Shown one piece after another: positions 39,001 through 53,175 of a stretch of 64,000 nucleotides of DNA. This DNA comes from Lytechinus pictus (lineage: Eukaryota): contig NC_087251.1 of assembly GCF_037042905.1 (NCBI RefSeq), forward strand, positions 1,426,001-1,490,000, written 5' to 3'. Under the pieces are notes generated by a model that was not told the origin of the DNA, ran no database searches, and saw nothing but the letters and a program-made list of their open reading frames with translations. The first letter of the stretch is position 1; every line of letters begins with the position of its first letter. The translations under genes and the position numbers were made by a program.

Positions 39001-42000
39001 CTAATACGTCATTTGTGGTAAGTAAGATTGACTATACTCCACTACAAACCATTGGCGACAAACCACATCAAATCAAGATAAATTGCTCCAGATTATTCTT
39101 TCCTCTCGTGTCTCTTATTATGAAAACCCTTGTCACATCATAATTGTACTACAAATAGGACCACGTTTTTGGATGATTAAGACATTAATGAGAACACATG
39201 GGAAGAATGATTTGATGTAAATGGAGTTTAATCACACTTATGGAAAATTACCGAGCATAAAGGTGATTCGAACACTTCAAATTTTGAGTTGTTTTGCATC
39301 GCACTATCTCCTGCCTATAAAAGCCGAATTGACTCGAAAGTTCGGTACCCATATAACAATCAGTAAAGAAAAAAAAATACTTTCAAAACATTGAAAAAGA
39401 CACATTCTTAAACGTACTTGAACAAGATATTTAATATGTTAGGAAAATCATTTTTCTAAAGTATAGGTCAAACCTTTCATTATCATCAATCTTCAAAATA
39501 ATAATTAATACTCCGTTTTATTGCAAACATAACCGATTCAAGGCCTTGAGCCCCAAATCTTCATGAGTCGAATCTCCGATATTCCTAATTGAGTACTATT
39601 TTAAACATAATAGATGAAAGACAGCAACAATGATGGTGGAGTAATAATGTTACATTCCATGAGAAAGAAAGATTTCATTTGACAGCAGCTAAAAGATATT
39701 ATCAATCACCGGTCATTGAATCCTTTCATGATATGTATATAGTCATGTGATATACTGATGAAGAGTGTAATATGGCTAATTTATTCGCATTGTGAGTTTT
39801 CTGAAAGTTAATTATACTGAACATGTTTCTTAATACACAATCATCAGAAGTAATATTTGATCTAAGAGGCAGAATACAAAAAAAGAAGAAATGCAAGTGA
39901 TGTTGAATATAAAATTTGCCTTTTCTTTCATTAGACAAATGTAAGATTACACTCTTACTACAACACCAATTTATTACGACCATCCAACTGACAATCACCC
40001 ATACTCAATGTCAATTTATGACAGACAAATCGAAATTATCTATCTTTTACGAGTTTCTTGGACTTTAATCACCACGCAACTTCCAAAAATAAGAGACTCG
40101 TTTCTTTGCGATGATGAACCCGTCCGCAATCTATACTTAATGAAAAACTAGCGTAGCCAACTCGGCAGAAATTATACTTCATGGAAAAGGAATCCTGTGT
40201 TGTCCTGTCGGTATAAGGGGGGGGGGGGTGGGGAACTTTTAATCAGACTCCTATCTTGATTAAAAGTATATAGAGGTCATAATTTGTTTGTTTTTATTCA
40301 TTAATTTACTTTATTCATGCCTACATATATTATATTCAATCACTCATGCCCATTGTTACAAAGCAGCCTCGCATCTTTAATATGGCTGTAATATAGCACA
40401 AGCAATTTTTTTTCTCTCTCTCTTTGCCTCTTCCTCGAGGATTCATTATTTCAAAATATTTATATAGTTTTTACATAGATATTTTTTTTTTCAAGGGTCA
40501 AATTATACAATAGTTACAACATGCTTACTGCATAATTATCTATAATTGTTTGTCTGTAATGAATCAAATAATACTTAAACGATAAAGCAACATCAGTGAT
40601 TGCACCTACAGCTAATGCTAACACTACTTTCGCTGAATGTAATAACCATATGGCTTGTGTGTTTCCCTCAACTTAGGGACCGTCCTTTGTCTGGTTTAAT
40701 GATATCATTCGATATTGAATTCGTCTTAAAATAATTTAATTTATTTTCGAAAAGGCAAATGATCATGGGATACATGTGATTTACACAAGAACACTTTAAT
40801 GTAGACATGAAAATGCACTGTTCAGTTGAGTTCAGTTTTTATTTCAAATAGGACAGTTGTTTTAATAAAGAAACTGCACATGTAGAAACATACAAGGTTT
40901 CAATTAAACACATAGAGCATACATTCTTCTAAGATACATCTAGGCTAGGTATAATCCATGCTAGGTATAATCTAATGTTCAGCACATATTCCGCTATAAT
41001 GAAATATTAATATATTTTTTAGTATCTAACTTAGATATGAACATAGTCTCAAGGCATTAACAAACGATGAGGGCGCTATCACTCAGATAGTGAACTAGTA
41101 ACTACTACTTGGTCTTGCAGCTTTTGTGTATACGGATTTTGAGTTTAACAATTGAATGATGAGTCAATCTTAGTACGGGGGTCCCAAATAAAGGCAAAAA
41201 CAGTATTTTTACTAGTTCATTGTATTTTTTTAATCATTATCCTGTCTTAATAACCCTACATTTGATTTTTCCTTTTCACACACTTATTTATTACAAAATT
41301 AAAATGTAAAACACACACAGACCAAAAAAAAATTACCCATGCTCGTCTCGCTCGCTTGTATGTTTCGCAATACAAAACTCCATATTTAGAAACCAGGTTT
41401 ATAAAATTCATGAAATTACTGCACTTTTACGTATATTGGTTGAGTCAGCACAGCTAATAGATGTTGTTGAAATCTACATGATTGTTTATATCTTCATTTT
41501 TATCTTCAATTATCGCTAAATGAGTTCAAATTCAAGTTAATCGAAAATACACAAGCGAACCTAGGTTTCCATTTAAACATTAAGTAAATAAAGATGAATT
41601 TCATTACTTTTTTTTGTCTTATCGCATATCTTATTACCACTTATATTATAATAGAAAATCAAACTACTTTGCTGTTTTTTTTTTCAAAATGAGGAACGTA
41701 TTGCTAATCTAGAGACACGAATATCTCTCCATCTGCTTCATGAATCGCAAACCAACAAGTTATAAAATATTGTTTCATCGAACTACTCGCTTTCAGAGGT
41801 CCTCTTTCTTCTTCACGCAATCTATCTGTCTTCTTCCCATGCTCGATTTTTGATGCACATCGTATGCATGATCATGAGAGAGTCGATAAATGATTGATTT
41901 CTACGTCATCATGGTAACGGATTAAGAATTTCAAATGAACTACAAGAATATGCCCCCGTCCTCAAAATCAGACTTATTCTCTCGCGCATGGAATTCCGAA

Positions 42001-43535
42001 AGAAAAACAAATAAATTGGTTGCTTTTAAAATTATGGCCACACGGGAGCATTCTCAGTACGTCTCAATCAGATTATCTTTGTTTGAGTGAATTCCCGGAT
42101 TCTCATGCACGTGGTTGAAAATGGAGGATTTTCAAACGTCTTCAGAGAATGACACTGGTGGGCTCGCGTGGTGGTGTGAGGGTTTGGGGAGTGTTTGGTA
42201 CAGAGTGCGATAAAGAATAAGAAATGGCGAGATAATTTAATCAGGGAAAGATAGGGTTATGAGAAGAAGGGCAAACTTGATAGATAAGACAATAGCCTCT
42301 TGTTCGAATGCCCCCTGGGTAGTGGAGAAAGTGCATACATTGTGTTCGGGCATGCTTGGATCATGGAGCTAACACAGCTGATGACCAGGCTAATTACAAT
42401 ATAAAGCACTTGATGAACAGATGAGAAGAAAAACAAAATGATACTGAGATCGTATCGTGTGTGTGAAGTGTGAAAATAAGGAGAGAGAGAGAGAGAATGA
42501 AAGAGAGGGGGAGAAAGAGAGGGGGGGGGGGGTAAGGTGGTTCAGAAAGTGTGGGCGAAGGGGGATTGACAATAATCATATATAGAGTGCTGTAAATGTA
42601 TGTTCAAAGCAGCTACAAAATATTGATGAACACATGACATTTACTCCATGCTATGAAATCAACATCTAGAAATCAAAACTAAAACTTCCACGTCTAAAAA
42701 TCTTTGCTTCTCTAGCTGGCTACTGTTGGCATTGCTTCATTTCCTTTTCTCTCAGAGGATTACATATATTGCATGAATTTATCAATATTCAAGCAGAGTA
42801 TTCCTGTCTTTCATTCCAATCTAATAGAATTTCATGAAAATCCACCTGCTGCACGAGATTGCGATATCAAACCACGTCACATCCTCGCCAAATCCAGAAA
42901 CAGGTACCGAATTTTATACTTGATTCGTTCACGATGTAGCGGCGGATTTTTATTAATAAGTATTGACCCGAGGCGGCCTTATTTTGATAAAGTGGGCCTC
43001 CCCGGGGTGGTAGCCTGACTACATACCGCTCTAGGCGCGTAATTAAACTTGTCAGACGTTGAAATAAATTTGCTATACCTTCTGACAGTGTAAAAGATCG
43101 GATTGAATCAAGGTATATTGGGGAAAAAATGCATTTCGTGATACCTTGCTCTCCCAAAATAAAAAAAAAGTTCCTACAGTATTTTTATTATTTGGGTTAA
43201 AAATTATTAACGATAATTCTTAAAAGCAATCACAGAGATCATATCCATCTGTTCTGTCTATATGAAATTCAAATGGTTTCTTGGTCTTGTTATTTATACA
43301 AACCATTAACAAAAAATTCTGTCACTTTGCAACGGACTATTTTCATAATTGAATAACACAAACCCAAATCTTGTAGAATCTCGGTTTGCGAGAATTTGAA
43401 ATAAGACCTAACTAAATGATCTTTATAATTTTTTCCCTTAGGATTATATTTTGGCAAAGTGCATCGATTCTTCTTTCCTGCAATTACTGTTATGTGTACG
43501 TCCTGAAGTTTTAAAGGGTTAAGGTCTGTCTTTAG

Positions 43536-44882
43536 TTGTTTAAAAAGGGTGATAAATTAGATGTTAATAATTATCGCCCTATTTCTTTGTTATCTACATT
43601 GTCGAAAATACTTGAAAAGATTATTTATAAAAGAACTGTAAATTTTTTCAAATCAAATAATATTCTTTCAAATTCCCAATTTGGATTTAGGGAAAAGCAT
43701 AGCACCACACATGCTTTATTGACTTTCATTGAAAAAGCGGCACATTCAATCGATAAATCTTCTCATTTAATTGGTTTGTTCCTGGACTTCTCCAAGGCCT
43801 TCGACACCATTAATCATGATATTTTACTTAACAAATTACATCATTATGGAGTGCGTGGGAAGGCCTTGGAGTGGTTCAGGAGCTACCTCTTGAATAGGAA
43901 GCAATATGTCTTTTTAAACGGTTGCAATTCTCAAATGAAAAAAAATAATTGTGGAGTTCCCCAGGGTAGTATCTTAGGCCCGATTTTGTTTATAGTTTAT
44001 ATTAATGATTTTTGTAGATCATCAGACGTTCTTTCTTTCATTCTCTTTGCGGACGACTCTAACTTATTTTTTTCACATAAAAATCCTCTTCACCTTGCTA
44101 ATATAATCAACTCTGAACTAGAAAATGTTACCGAATGGATAAGAGCAAATAAATTGTCACTAAATCTTCAAAAAACAAAATACATGTTGTTTAGCAACTC
44201 CATAAATACACTTCCTGTTGATATTATTTTGGATGGAACTCCCTTGGAAAATGTATCCCATATTAAGTTTCTTGGAATAACAGTCGATAATAAGCTCTCA
44301 TGGAAATTTCACATAGATAACATATGTAAAACTATTTCACGCAACATTGGTATAATTAACAAGCTTAAATTTTGTTTACCATTATCGTCCCTGCTTACAT
44401 TATATTCATCCCTTATATTGCCTTATTTAAATTATGGAATTTTAGCGTGGGGTAACACACAACAAACACTCTTAGACAAATTACTCCTATTACAAAAGAA
44501 GTCTCTACGTATTATATGTCACACGGCATATTTGTCTCATACTGACCCATTATTTTTTGAACATAGAATATTGAAAATTAAGGACTTATATTTGTTTAAT
44601 CTCGGTCAATTTATGTATAACTATAACAACAACAACCTCCCAAATGTATTCAATTCAATGTTTCCAAAAAATCAATCCATTCACAACTATCCAACAAGGC
44701 GATTGGGTGAATTTCATTTACCACTTTTAAGAACTTTGCGGGCTCAGAACACATTTATATACGATGGACCGAAGTTATGGAACTCACTTCATAATGATAT
44801 AACAAATGCAAAATCTTTGAACTCTTTTAAGACTAAATTCAAATTATCTCTATTAAAACCTTATAATATACTCCCAAATTAA
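43536..44882 (+). CDS. Non-LTR retrotransposon reverse transcriptase (partial ORF2, 448 open codons, no true start)
   Basis: Motifs NYRPISLL, QFGFR, FLDFSKAFDTINH, GVPQGSILGPILF, LFADDSNL, NKLSLN..KT, KFLG, LNYGILAWG, GPKLWNSL. Confidence 0.93.
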   Translation: MFKKGDKLDVNNYRPISLLSTLSKILEKIIYKRTVNFFKSNNILSNSQFGFREKHSTTHALLTFIEKAAHSIDKSSHLIGLFLDFSKAFDTINHDILLNKLHHYGVRGKALEWFRSYLLNRKQYVFLNGCNSQMKKNNCGVPQGSILGPILFIVYINDFCRSSDVLSFILFADDSNLFFSHKNPLHLANIINSELENVTEWIRANKLSLNLQKTKYMLFSNSINTLPVDIILDGTPLENVSHIKFLGITVDNKLSWKFHIDNICKTISRNIGIINKLKFCLPLSSLLTLYSSLILPYLNYGILAWGNTQQTLLDKLLLLQKKSLRIICHTAYLSHTDPLFFEHRILKIKDLYLFNLGQFMYNYNNNNLPNVFNSMFPKNQSIHNYPTRRLGEFHLPLLRTLRAQNTFIYDGPKLWNSLHNDITNAKSLNSFKTKFKLSLLKPYNILPN

Positions 44883-45764
44883 TTTTAATTCATCATTTCT
44901 GTCAAGTCATCATCATTATTATGTCAAGTCATCATCATTATTACTTTAAACTAAAATTAAAACATAAAATTATTATCCTTTTTTTATTAAAAAAATCTGA
45001 CACAAGTCCTTCTCAGATGTGCTCATTATTGTGTCTATCCTCTCCTCTATTTTCTCCTCTCCAGTCCGCTTATCCGCCTTCCTACCGGTTATTTGTTTAA
45101 CGGCATCAATCACATTTTTCGTGCATTATATTATTTCCAGGTTATTTTATATATTTTTTCTCCTCTTATACACATCATTGAATCCAGTTTGCTTGAGTCC
45201 ACGACGGCATGTGTTCTATCTACGTACAGCAGCACCCATCCATCTTCTCAGGGCATTCTCCCCCTTTTTCCCTTTTTTTTTTTTTTTTCTTCTCAAGTTT
45301 TTCTGGGGGGGGGGGGGTGGGAAGGGTAGATATTTTTAGGACGGGTTGTTTTGTCCTTCACCAAACTGTATATTTTTTATTACTTTGTATTTATTTTGTG
45401 AGTATTTCCCTCTCATTTATTCATTCTTTTCTCATTTGATTATCTGTATTTATACTTTGTCATTTTGTTATTTGTTGTGTTATCTATTTCTTGAGGGGCC
45501 CACATTGTACAAGCATTGCTTTTTAGTGGGTCCCTCCATTTCCATCTTAATTTAATTTATATTGAAAAATAGTATATATATTTAAAACCTACAATGTGTT
45601 GCCCAAATCGTCTAAGTGTTTTTTTTTTTTTTTTTTTTTTTTTTCACTACATATGTATAATTAATTTTGTTTGCAACGGATACAAATATTTATGTTTTAT
45701 ATATAGTATACAATTTGTTTTTGTTTGATGGAAGTGAAATAAATGAATTTGAATTTGAATTTGA
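43536..45764 (+). mobile_element. 5'-truncated CR1/L2-group (Crack/Daphne-like) LINE: RT-containing part of ORF2, ~880-bp 3' UTR and (gaattt)n tail
   Basis: The ORF begins abruptly at LFKKGD. A 3' UTR stem-loop lies at 45493-45536, followed by aataaa and gaatttgaatttgaatttgaa at ~45738-45764. Confidence 0.92.
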
Positions 45765-47377
45765 AGGTGTCGTCACTAGTTTGAATTCAAATCTAAGAAA
45801 TTGTGAATATCCCGACAATATTGTAAAAGTGTTTACTTTATCGGAACAATACGCTCCTTATCAACTTCTACTTATAAAATGTTATATTATTTCAAAATTG
45901 GTAACACACAAGTATATAAATACAGGTAAAGATGGGAGGTATATCTGTGATTATTCGACCTTTTTGCAGCCCATGCGTTTATATTTTTTTAAATTGTTTT
46001 GGGATGTCTGCCCGAACCTTGCCTGAGGGATGTGATATCTGATGCCTATTCATGGGAAAGAGAATATTGATATAAATCGATTAAAGAAAGGTGTTCGGTA
46101 AAAGAAATAGAATACCTGCCCAGATCTCAGGTAAGCTCATATTATCGACGTCATCATATGGGCCTTTGAAATGACAGGATTTAGGAATAAAAGAGATCAT
46201 CGTTTTCGCAGGGGATAAATCAGAATTTAAAGTAGAACGTTTATTTTACTCCTTTGCTATGGGCATTATGAAAATACCATCGCATACAATTATAAAGAAA
46301 TATTGAAGTCGGGGTTTTGTGTCCACGCATTAGAGCTCGCATAAACATATGTAGTATTTCACGGACGTTATAAGATCTCTTTCCTAAATAGCGTCGGTCT
46401 GGAAATAAATACACCAGTATGATATCGACGCCTCGAGGAATGAAATACTAATATTGGCATAATTTTGATTCAGCAAAATGTCTTATTCTGATTTATTATA
46501 ACTTCTTCCCATGCAATGAACATTCGCAAAATATCGTAAGGTTTGTTTTTAAAAGGAAAAATGGCTACATGATTCTAACGTTATTTTATCTAAATACAAA
46601 TAGCAAAACTTTTGTTCTACATGTACATAAATTAAAAAAAAATTGTCTCTTCTTAATACCGTAAACAATCACTGTAGGAGCAGTGGGTGAGGGGTTTTCA
46701 TGGCCAAGATTTTAATCCGATAATGAACCTTGGGGGGGGGGAGGGGGTACCTCTGAAAACTCGTTACCTATATAGGACCAAACTCCCACCACACATGTTT
46801 TATTTTACTACCTCCCTTGTTTATCAAGTAACTACCCTTTAGAAGATTCAGAGGCTCTTTAAAATTCCTTTGAAAATTTGGAAAATATAATTCTTTCCCT
46901 CTGGATACCCGATATAATACTTGAACTTGATTCACTAATTAAGTAGGAAAATCAGTATCACATTAAAAACTCATAAAATCTGGGGGGGGGGGGGGGGTTA
47001 GATATAGGCTGAATATGGGCCCATATTTTAAAATTTTCGCGAGAAACTGTCAAATTTCAAAACGATTATAAATTGCAAGCCTCCGGATGTGGAGCAAACA
47101 AAACATACATGTGATTGGTTGGTAAACATAGATGGGAGTCAATAGCTTCTAAAACTACTAAGCATATGATCCAGACTCCACCCAGCTTTGGTTTATCACC
47201 CTTGCAATTTAAAAATAAAACTGAACCAAAGCAAGCAATATAGATACCTTCATGCCAAAGAAGGTGTAGAGATTCTGTTTCCAAACTTTGCCATTGCTTT
47301 GATGAATTTTTCTGCACTCTTGTATTTGTGGATGGGTTTGTGCAGCAGAAAAAAGAGAAAGAAATGCGAGAGTGTAT

Positions 47378-47771
47378 CTACTGCCAACTCCTTATTCACC
47401 ATATGGTCTACCTTCATTTAGTCTTATGCCATTCCGTCCGTCATCGTTTCGTCTAACAACCATTTGGTCCCATCATCACTTCATCTAATCACCAGTTCGT
47501 CAACGACCATTTCGTCTCATGTCCAGTGGGTCTAATATCCATTTTATTTCCATTGATTTCGCCCAATTAACACTTAGTCCAATTAGATCAAATAGTATAT
47601 GGACTGAATGGCTTTTGAACCAACTGGTTATTTATAGACAAAATGTTTGGTAGACGAAATGGACAGTAGACCATGTGGATAGTAGACGAACTGATGGTAG
47701 ACCGATATATTAATGATAGTAGACGAGTTGGTAATTGGACGAATTGGCATCAGACCAATTAAAAATAAACC
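47378..47771. mobile_element. Quasi-palindromic MITE built of ~15-bp tagacc/ggtcta subrepeats (copy 1)
   Basis: Left half has gtcta/gtcca motifs and right half has tagac/tggac motifs. Colinear with 53838-54288; related subrepeats at 1955-2345 and 3105-3255. Confidence 0.75.
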
Positions 47772-50700
47772 AATGAGAATGTCTGTGTCTAAATATCAGT
47801 GTATTTTTTCTTCTCTTTTACATTTATGAACTGCTACAATGCACTCAAGGGAAATCGCAAATTAAAAACGATTAGAGAAAAGAGAGCTAAAGAAACTTTG
47901 AGAGGTTTCTTAAAAGCAAGAAAAGGACATACATACAGAATATGGATGGGAGGGAGATGAGGGAAGGGGTGGGTGGGAGGTGGGGAGAATTAAAAATATT
48001 AATTAATGATCGTGGTGATGATAACAGAAAGTTGAGAAATCTCATCATGATTTTAGGAGGTATGAGAAGAGAATACCTGAGAGGGGCACTGCTCCAGGGG
48101 AAAACCAACAGTAGGGCACCTTCAAGGTAATGCAGTGTTATTGCACCCAAAGCTATTCTTGATTGAAAGCTTAGTAAACATACCACAATAGTCAACAAGT
48201 TGGAATTGATCAGTGCTCTAATGTTAGCGAAATCTAACTACATGTACTTCATTATTCGATTTAGTAGAGCCAACGATAAGTAGGCATGTTTTGTTGTGTC
48301 TTCTTCATCTTTGTGGGGGGGGGGGGGGGGGGGGGTCAGTGATAGGATCTAAAATTAAACAGTTTTTTTTCTCCTCCAGTTAATATTGACGGCAAATTCT
48401 TATTAAGAGTTATAAAGATGAACATAATCTTTAAAGATGAGGAAAGCACTAGTATCAACACAGATACCATGCTGATCTATATTTTTTTAAAAGAAAAAAT
48501 ACATCTTTTTGTTTTCATCTATTTCATGCCATATTATTTACGCTTTTAGTATGAGATCTCTGACTTTCCTTCCCGTTAAGCTTCCTTTTTTATAATTCAA
48601 GTTCTATAAGAATTCAGATATTGGACACCATGCTACGTGCGTAGAATATTCAATCAGACAGACCATAGGATTGCGGATAAAGCAGATGAGATGAAAAATA
48701 AAGACAAAATATAAAACGTCTTGGATCTTCATGGAGTGGCGGATTCATCGGGTATCTCTCATTTCGTGGAGAATGAGCCTCAAAAATTGGAACGAGGATC
48801 TTTTCTTCAAGACCTGAGCACCGCTCCAAGCCGAATAATCACCTTCAACTTGGAGACTTGTATTTCTACTTGATGACTGAGGGCCTAGATTTGCCTTCTG
48901 AATCGAGACACGGCTGTCATGGACTCTTACTCTACATAAAGCCGGGTTCTGGAGGAGTAATTGAACTACAGACCTCTGTTGGATCATTACTATCCATGTG
49001 TGTGACGTCTATCACAGTCTTCTATTTCTTAGTAGACACCGTTAAAGTGAGGAGAATGTTATAAATTGAGGTACTGATATTGCGGAATTCATCAAAATAA
49101 TATTATGCATACATTGTTTTGATGACACGTTTGTTAGCACTGTCAAATTCAAAGGCACAATACACGGCGTCTCATATTATTTTCAGTGGAGCCGATGAGG
49201 AGTGTTGGGGTTGACATTCGAGAAGGTTACTGGCCTGGAGAAGAGAGCTTTACTTTATGAATCCCAACGTTTCCCCCCTCTCTCTTCTCCCTCTGGCCGT
49301 GGTCCATCCGATATCCCAATCGCATACTAGTCAGCCACTTATCATAGATATTGCGTTTCGATAAGGCTCGTTGCAGATGTATTAGAAGGAAGATGCGCTC
49401 TTGCCGAGAACCCCGAATGAATTATCAGTGGTAACCATTGACGGATGCTAGAGGCCCTGAAAGGCTCCAAGGCACGCCGAACGACGCCGAAACACGGTCC
49501 TGTTGGGTTTGTTCGATCAACCCGCCACTGGATATGATGCCGCCTGTGCGGTACATACCAACAAGCTTCTATTTGTTTCAGCTTTTTCAGCCAATAATCT
49601 CTGCGACTAACTAGAATCGATTTTGATCAGGGGTTGTGATCAACAGGTGGTTTTAGATGCCATTCAGACAGTATAGTATCAGTCGTAATGAGTAGGGGCG
49701 TCATAATACACCGTTAGATCCACTTTCAAAACATAATTCATTGTTATATCATAGGAAAACTATAAAAAAAAAAAAAAGAAGCCTGACAACAATGCTGCGG
49801 ACGGACAAATTATAACATTCCGTGAGAAAGGATTGATAACAAATTTAAAGTTCCGTTCGGGTTTACAACAGCATTCACCAAGAAATTATTAGAAACGTCG
49901 CTTTCATTCTGCTAAAATAGCAAAGTAAAATTAAAGGTAAGACCTAAAATTGAAATGTGGAAGCAATAAGACATAAATGCTTAGGAGAAGTAGCATGTTA
50001 TTGGGATTAAAATAACCGTTATGTAAAGTAAACATTTTGTGTAATAGGATTGATAAGCAAAAATATATTTACTATTTTTGTCCCTTATCTCTTTAAAATT
50101 TGGCAGTTATGGTAATGACAAATATGTCGTTTCCCTTTACGAAAATACATTCCTAGAACTTGGTAAATGCGGTAAAGGTATAGTCATTTGAATTGTCACA
50201 GGAGGATAGGAGGAAAGCCTTAAAATGTACCAAGGACATTTAGTTTTTAACAGCGCCAGTCGCTAATGATAGATAAAATTGCCTTATTTATTGGTGATTC
50301 TGATCGTCAGCATGGTATTACTCCCCTAACTATACGAGTGACACTACGGAGCAAGATAGTCATCGACAAGGATACTCGGATTGACTAATTGATAGATTGC
50401 TGAGAATCAGTTACTTTGTTCTAGGTGGCTTTGATGAATTAAAATGTCTATATTGGGTTGGGATCGTGATTGACATGAGTTAATGGGGGATAGGTTCAAT
50501 TGCAAGGTATAAGCTGATGACAAGCGCATACGATACCGATAACATCAAACTTATGAAACATCAAATAACAACTAGTACCTATATGGGCCTCATCCCTCGA
50601 GTGAACGATTTACGAATTTATCACTTTTAAACTGTAATTGTATTCAGCGAAATTGGTATTCAGATTGCTGTCCACACCTAAATTGAAAAAAAAACTCATC

Positions 50701-52416
50701 CATTAGAGCATTCTTAACAAAATTATGTCAAGCCAGACGCTAACATCATAACAATATCTCTTCTTCGTCACATTATCCGTGTATTCTCATCCATTGTAGG
50801 CCTATATAGTGTTTCCCTGTTTACTGCAAGAAAGTTATCGATGTATATAAGATAATAAAAATGCCTTTAACATGGGTAAGATAACCCTTTTTGTGTTATT
50901 TTGCAAATTTCAAATCATAAACTGATTGGGTGACGTCGGAACCGTAACGAGGATAAAGAAGTGAATAGGCTGGGTTGTTGGTATGATGAGTGTGAATGAG
51001 AGATTTAAAAGATCTGGGGAGGGGCTAAAATAAAGTGACCCCTTTTACCTAGATTAATGTTGCTATAAATTTGGCGCGTAAGAAGTTGAACCAGCAAGAT
51101 ATGAAAAGTTATTCAATTAACGTTAAAATAACATTTTAACAACAAAAAACCTCTAAAAATAATAAATGATAAAAAGACCCGAAACCCATGTATTTGACGT
51201 CCTGAAAGAGACTATTCTTGATATAGATCATCATTAATTTGTATTTATATCATACCTACATTGGTAATATCTTTGTTGATATTTCCAGGCCTCCTTTGTC
51301 ATTTTGGTAATTATTTCACATGTATTCACTGGAAATCTATGAGGAATGCATTCGTAGTGTTTCGTTACATCTTTTGTATATAGATGAGACGAATGGCCTG
51401 TGCGAACACGGCATTGTGTATCGGACTGTCATCGGGCTTTTGACATGTGAATTCACATGCATCGATCTCCATTTTTCCATTTGAAAAAAAACCCCTCGTA
51501 ACAGCATTTTTTTAACACAAACAAATTTAAGAAAGACTCGGAATGCTAAGAAATTCCTGGGCGTTTGCGCTGTTCATCGGGTGAGGGTGTGTATGTGGGG
51601 GAGGGTGAGCGGGTGTGAGGGTGTGTGTATGTGTATGTGTGCGTGTGTGTGTGGATCTGCAAGTGTGTTTGTTGGGGTGAGGTTGGAGAAATAGAAAGAA
51701 GGGATGTTATTGAATATGGAATTCCATAAAATCGTATGCACTTTTTCACATCCTATCCGTTCCTTATTCTACCAACATATGTATTTTGTATTTGCATGTA
51801 TATGTAAGAAATAACATTTCATAAATACACATTTAGTTTTAAAAATTTAAATAAACAATACTTGGAACGTTCTCCATAATTCTATAAGTAAAGCTCGTAA
51901 AAATGGTTTGCAAGAAGATGAGATTGCATTCTCCGTTTTGCTAAACGTCCTTGACAATATGTAATCAATGGGTCGAACTAATAAGCCAGTTCACGGTTAG
52001 CTCATGATCAACTTTTCTCAAATGACCTTTGAGATTTTTCATTAGGATAAGCACTATCATTTTCAAATGTAGATGTTGCGTAAGCTTTACCGGTAGAGTA
52101 TTCAAATTCTAAGAACAAAAGGCATTTTATAGACCAGGTGACTAGAATAGTACATCAGGGATAAAGTTTGGAAATCTGTTTTATTGTCTGCCTTTGGCAC
52201 ATTTGACTATTGTTTAGGCTACTGTCAAATACCAGTGATTATGAAGGCTCTATTTATTACTCTTCAGCTTGGATGTGATAAATATTTTGAAAGGAATACA
52301 TGAATAATCATCAAATCACAAATGCCTATGTCAGTGAATTTGAAAGCCACCTTCATGGTTGTCTCCAATGACCTTTTTTCTGCTCGTGCGCAGTTTACAA
52401 CCGTGAACAGGCTTAT

Positions 52417-53175
52417 TTGATTGAATCATGGACCTATGAAAAGATGGACGATTAACGCGAGCATTTCTTTGACCCAATGATAGTCACCGTCACCTGGTTA
52501 TGCGCATCTTAATGAGAACATACTGGTGTTGTAACAATAGCAATTACCATGACTACCAAGGGTATCTGATCACTCAAAGACGGAACAGTTTCCCGGTCTT
52601 GATTTTTGTTGGCTGATCCCCTGTTTCAGTATGTGCCTTTCAGTCAATATGCTTCATATATGGATCAGCAAACTTGAGAAGCAGACGATTTTTATGATAT
52701 AAAATATGATATTATTCGATCCGCTAACTACCGCTCACACATAAGGACCTCAATAACATTGAAAGATACACGATCTACACATGTTATGTGCCACGTATAT
52801 CTGGAATATTATGGAGAAACTTGGGAAAATTGAATTTTAAATGGTAAACAATCAATCACGATATTGCCTCTATATTAAAATATGCAGACATTTCTCCAAA
52901 TAAAACACATGGAACTAAGATTAACAAAGGTAAACAAAAACTGCACATCGATTATCAATTATTTCATTGATTTTCTATCAACTGCGCATATAATTTGTGA
53001 AATATAAATGTCCAATCACGAACTAATTCAGTCCCTTCTCACGGTGACGATCATAGGACCAAAGAAGACTAGTATGAAGAGAATGTTATTCAGATGACAA
53101 TTACCGTCACCTGTTAGTGAATTCATTATCTAAGCGATGAATGTCCATCTCTTCATAGGTCCATGATTGAATCAA
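52417..53175. mobile_element. Older ~760-bp inverted-repeat element (probable MITE)
   Basis: atcatggacctatgaaaagatggac / gtccatctcttcataggtccatgat (24/25 inverted). A second inner pair is ttctttgacccaatgatagtcaccgt / acggtgacgatcataggaccaaagaa. Confidence 0.6.

Noticed and set aside
48720..49600. GC-richer, exon-like stretch
   Set aside because: No sustained open frame or recognisable product. Could be regulatory DNA, but this cannot be supported from sequence alone.
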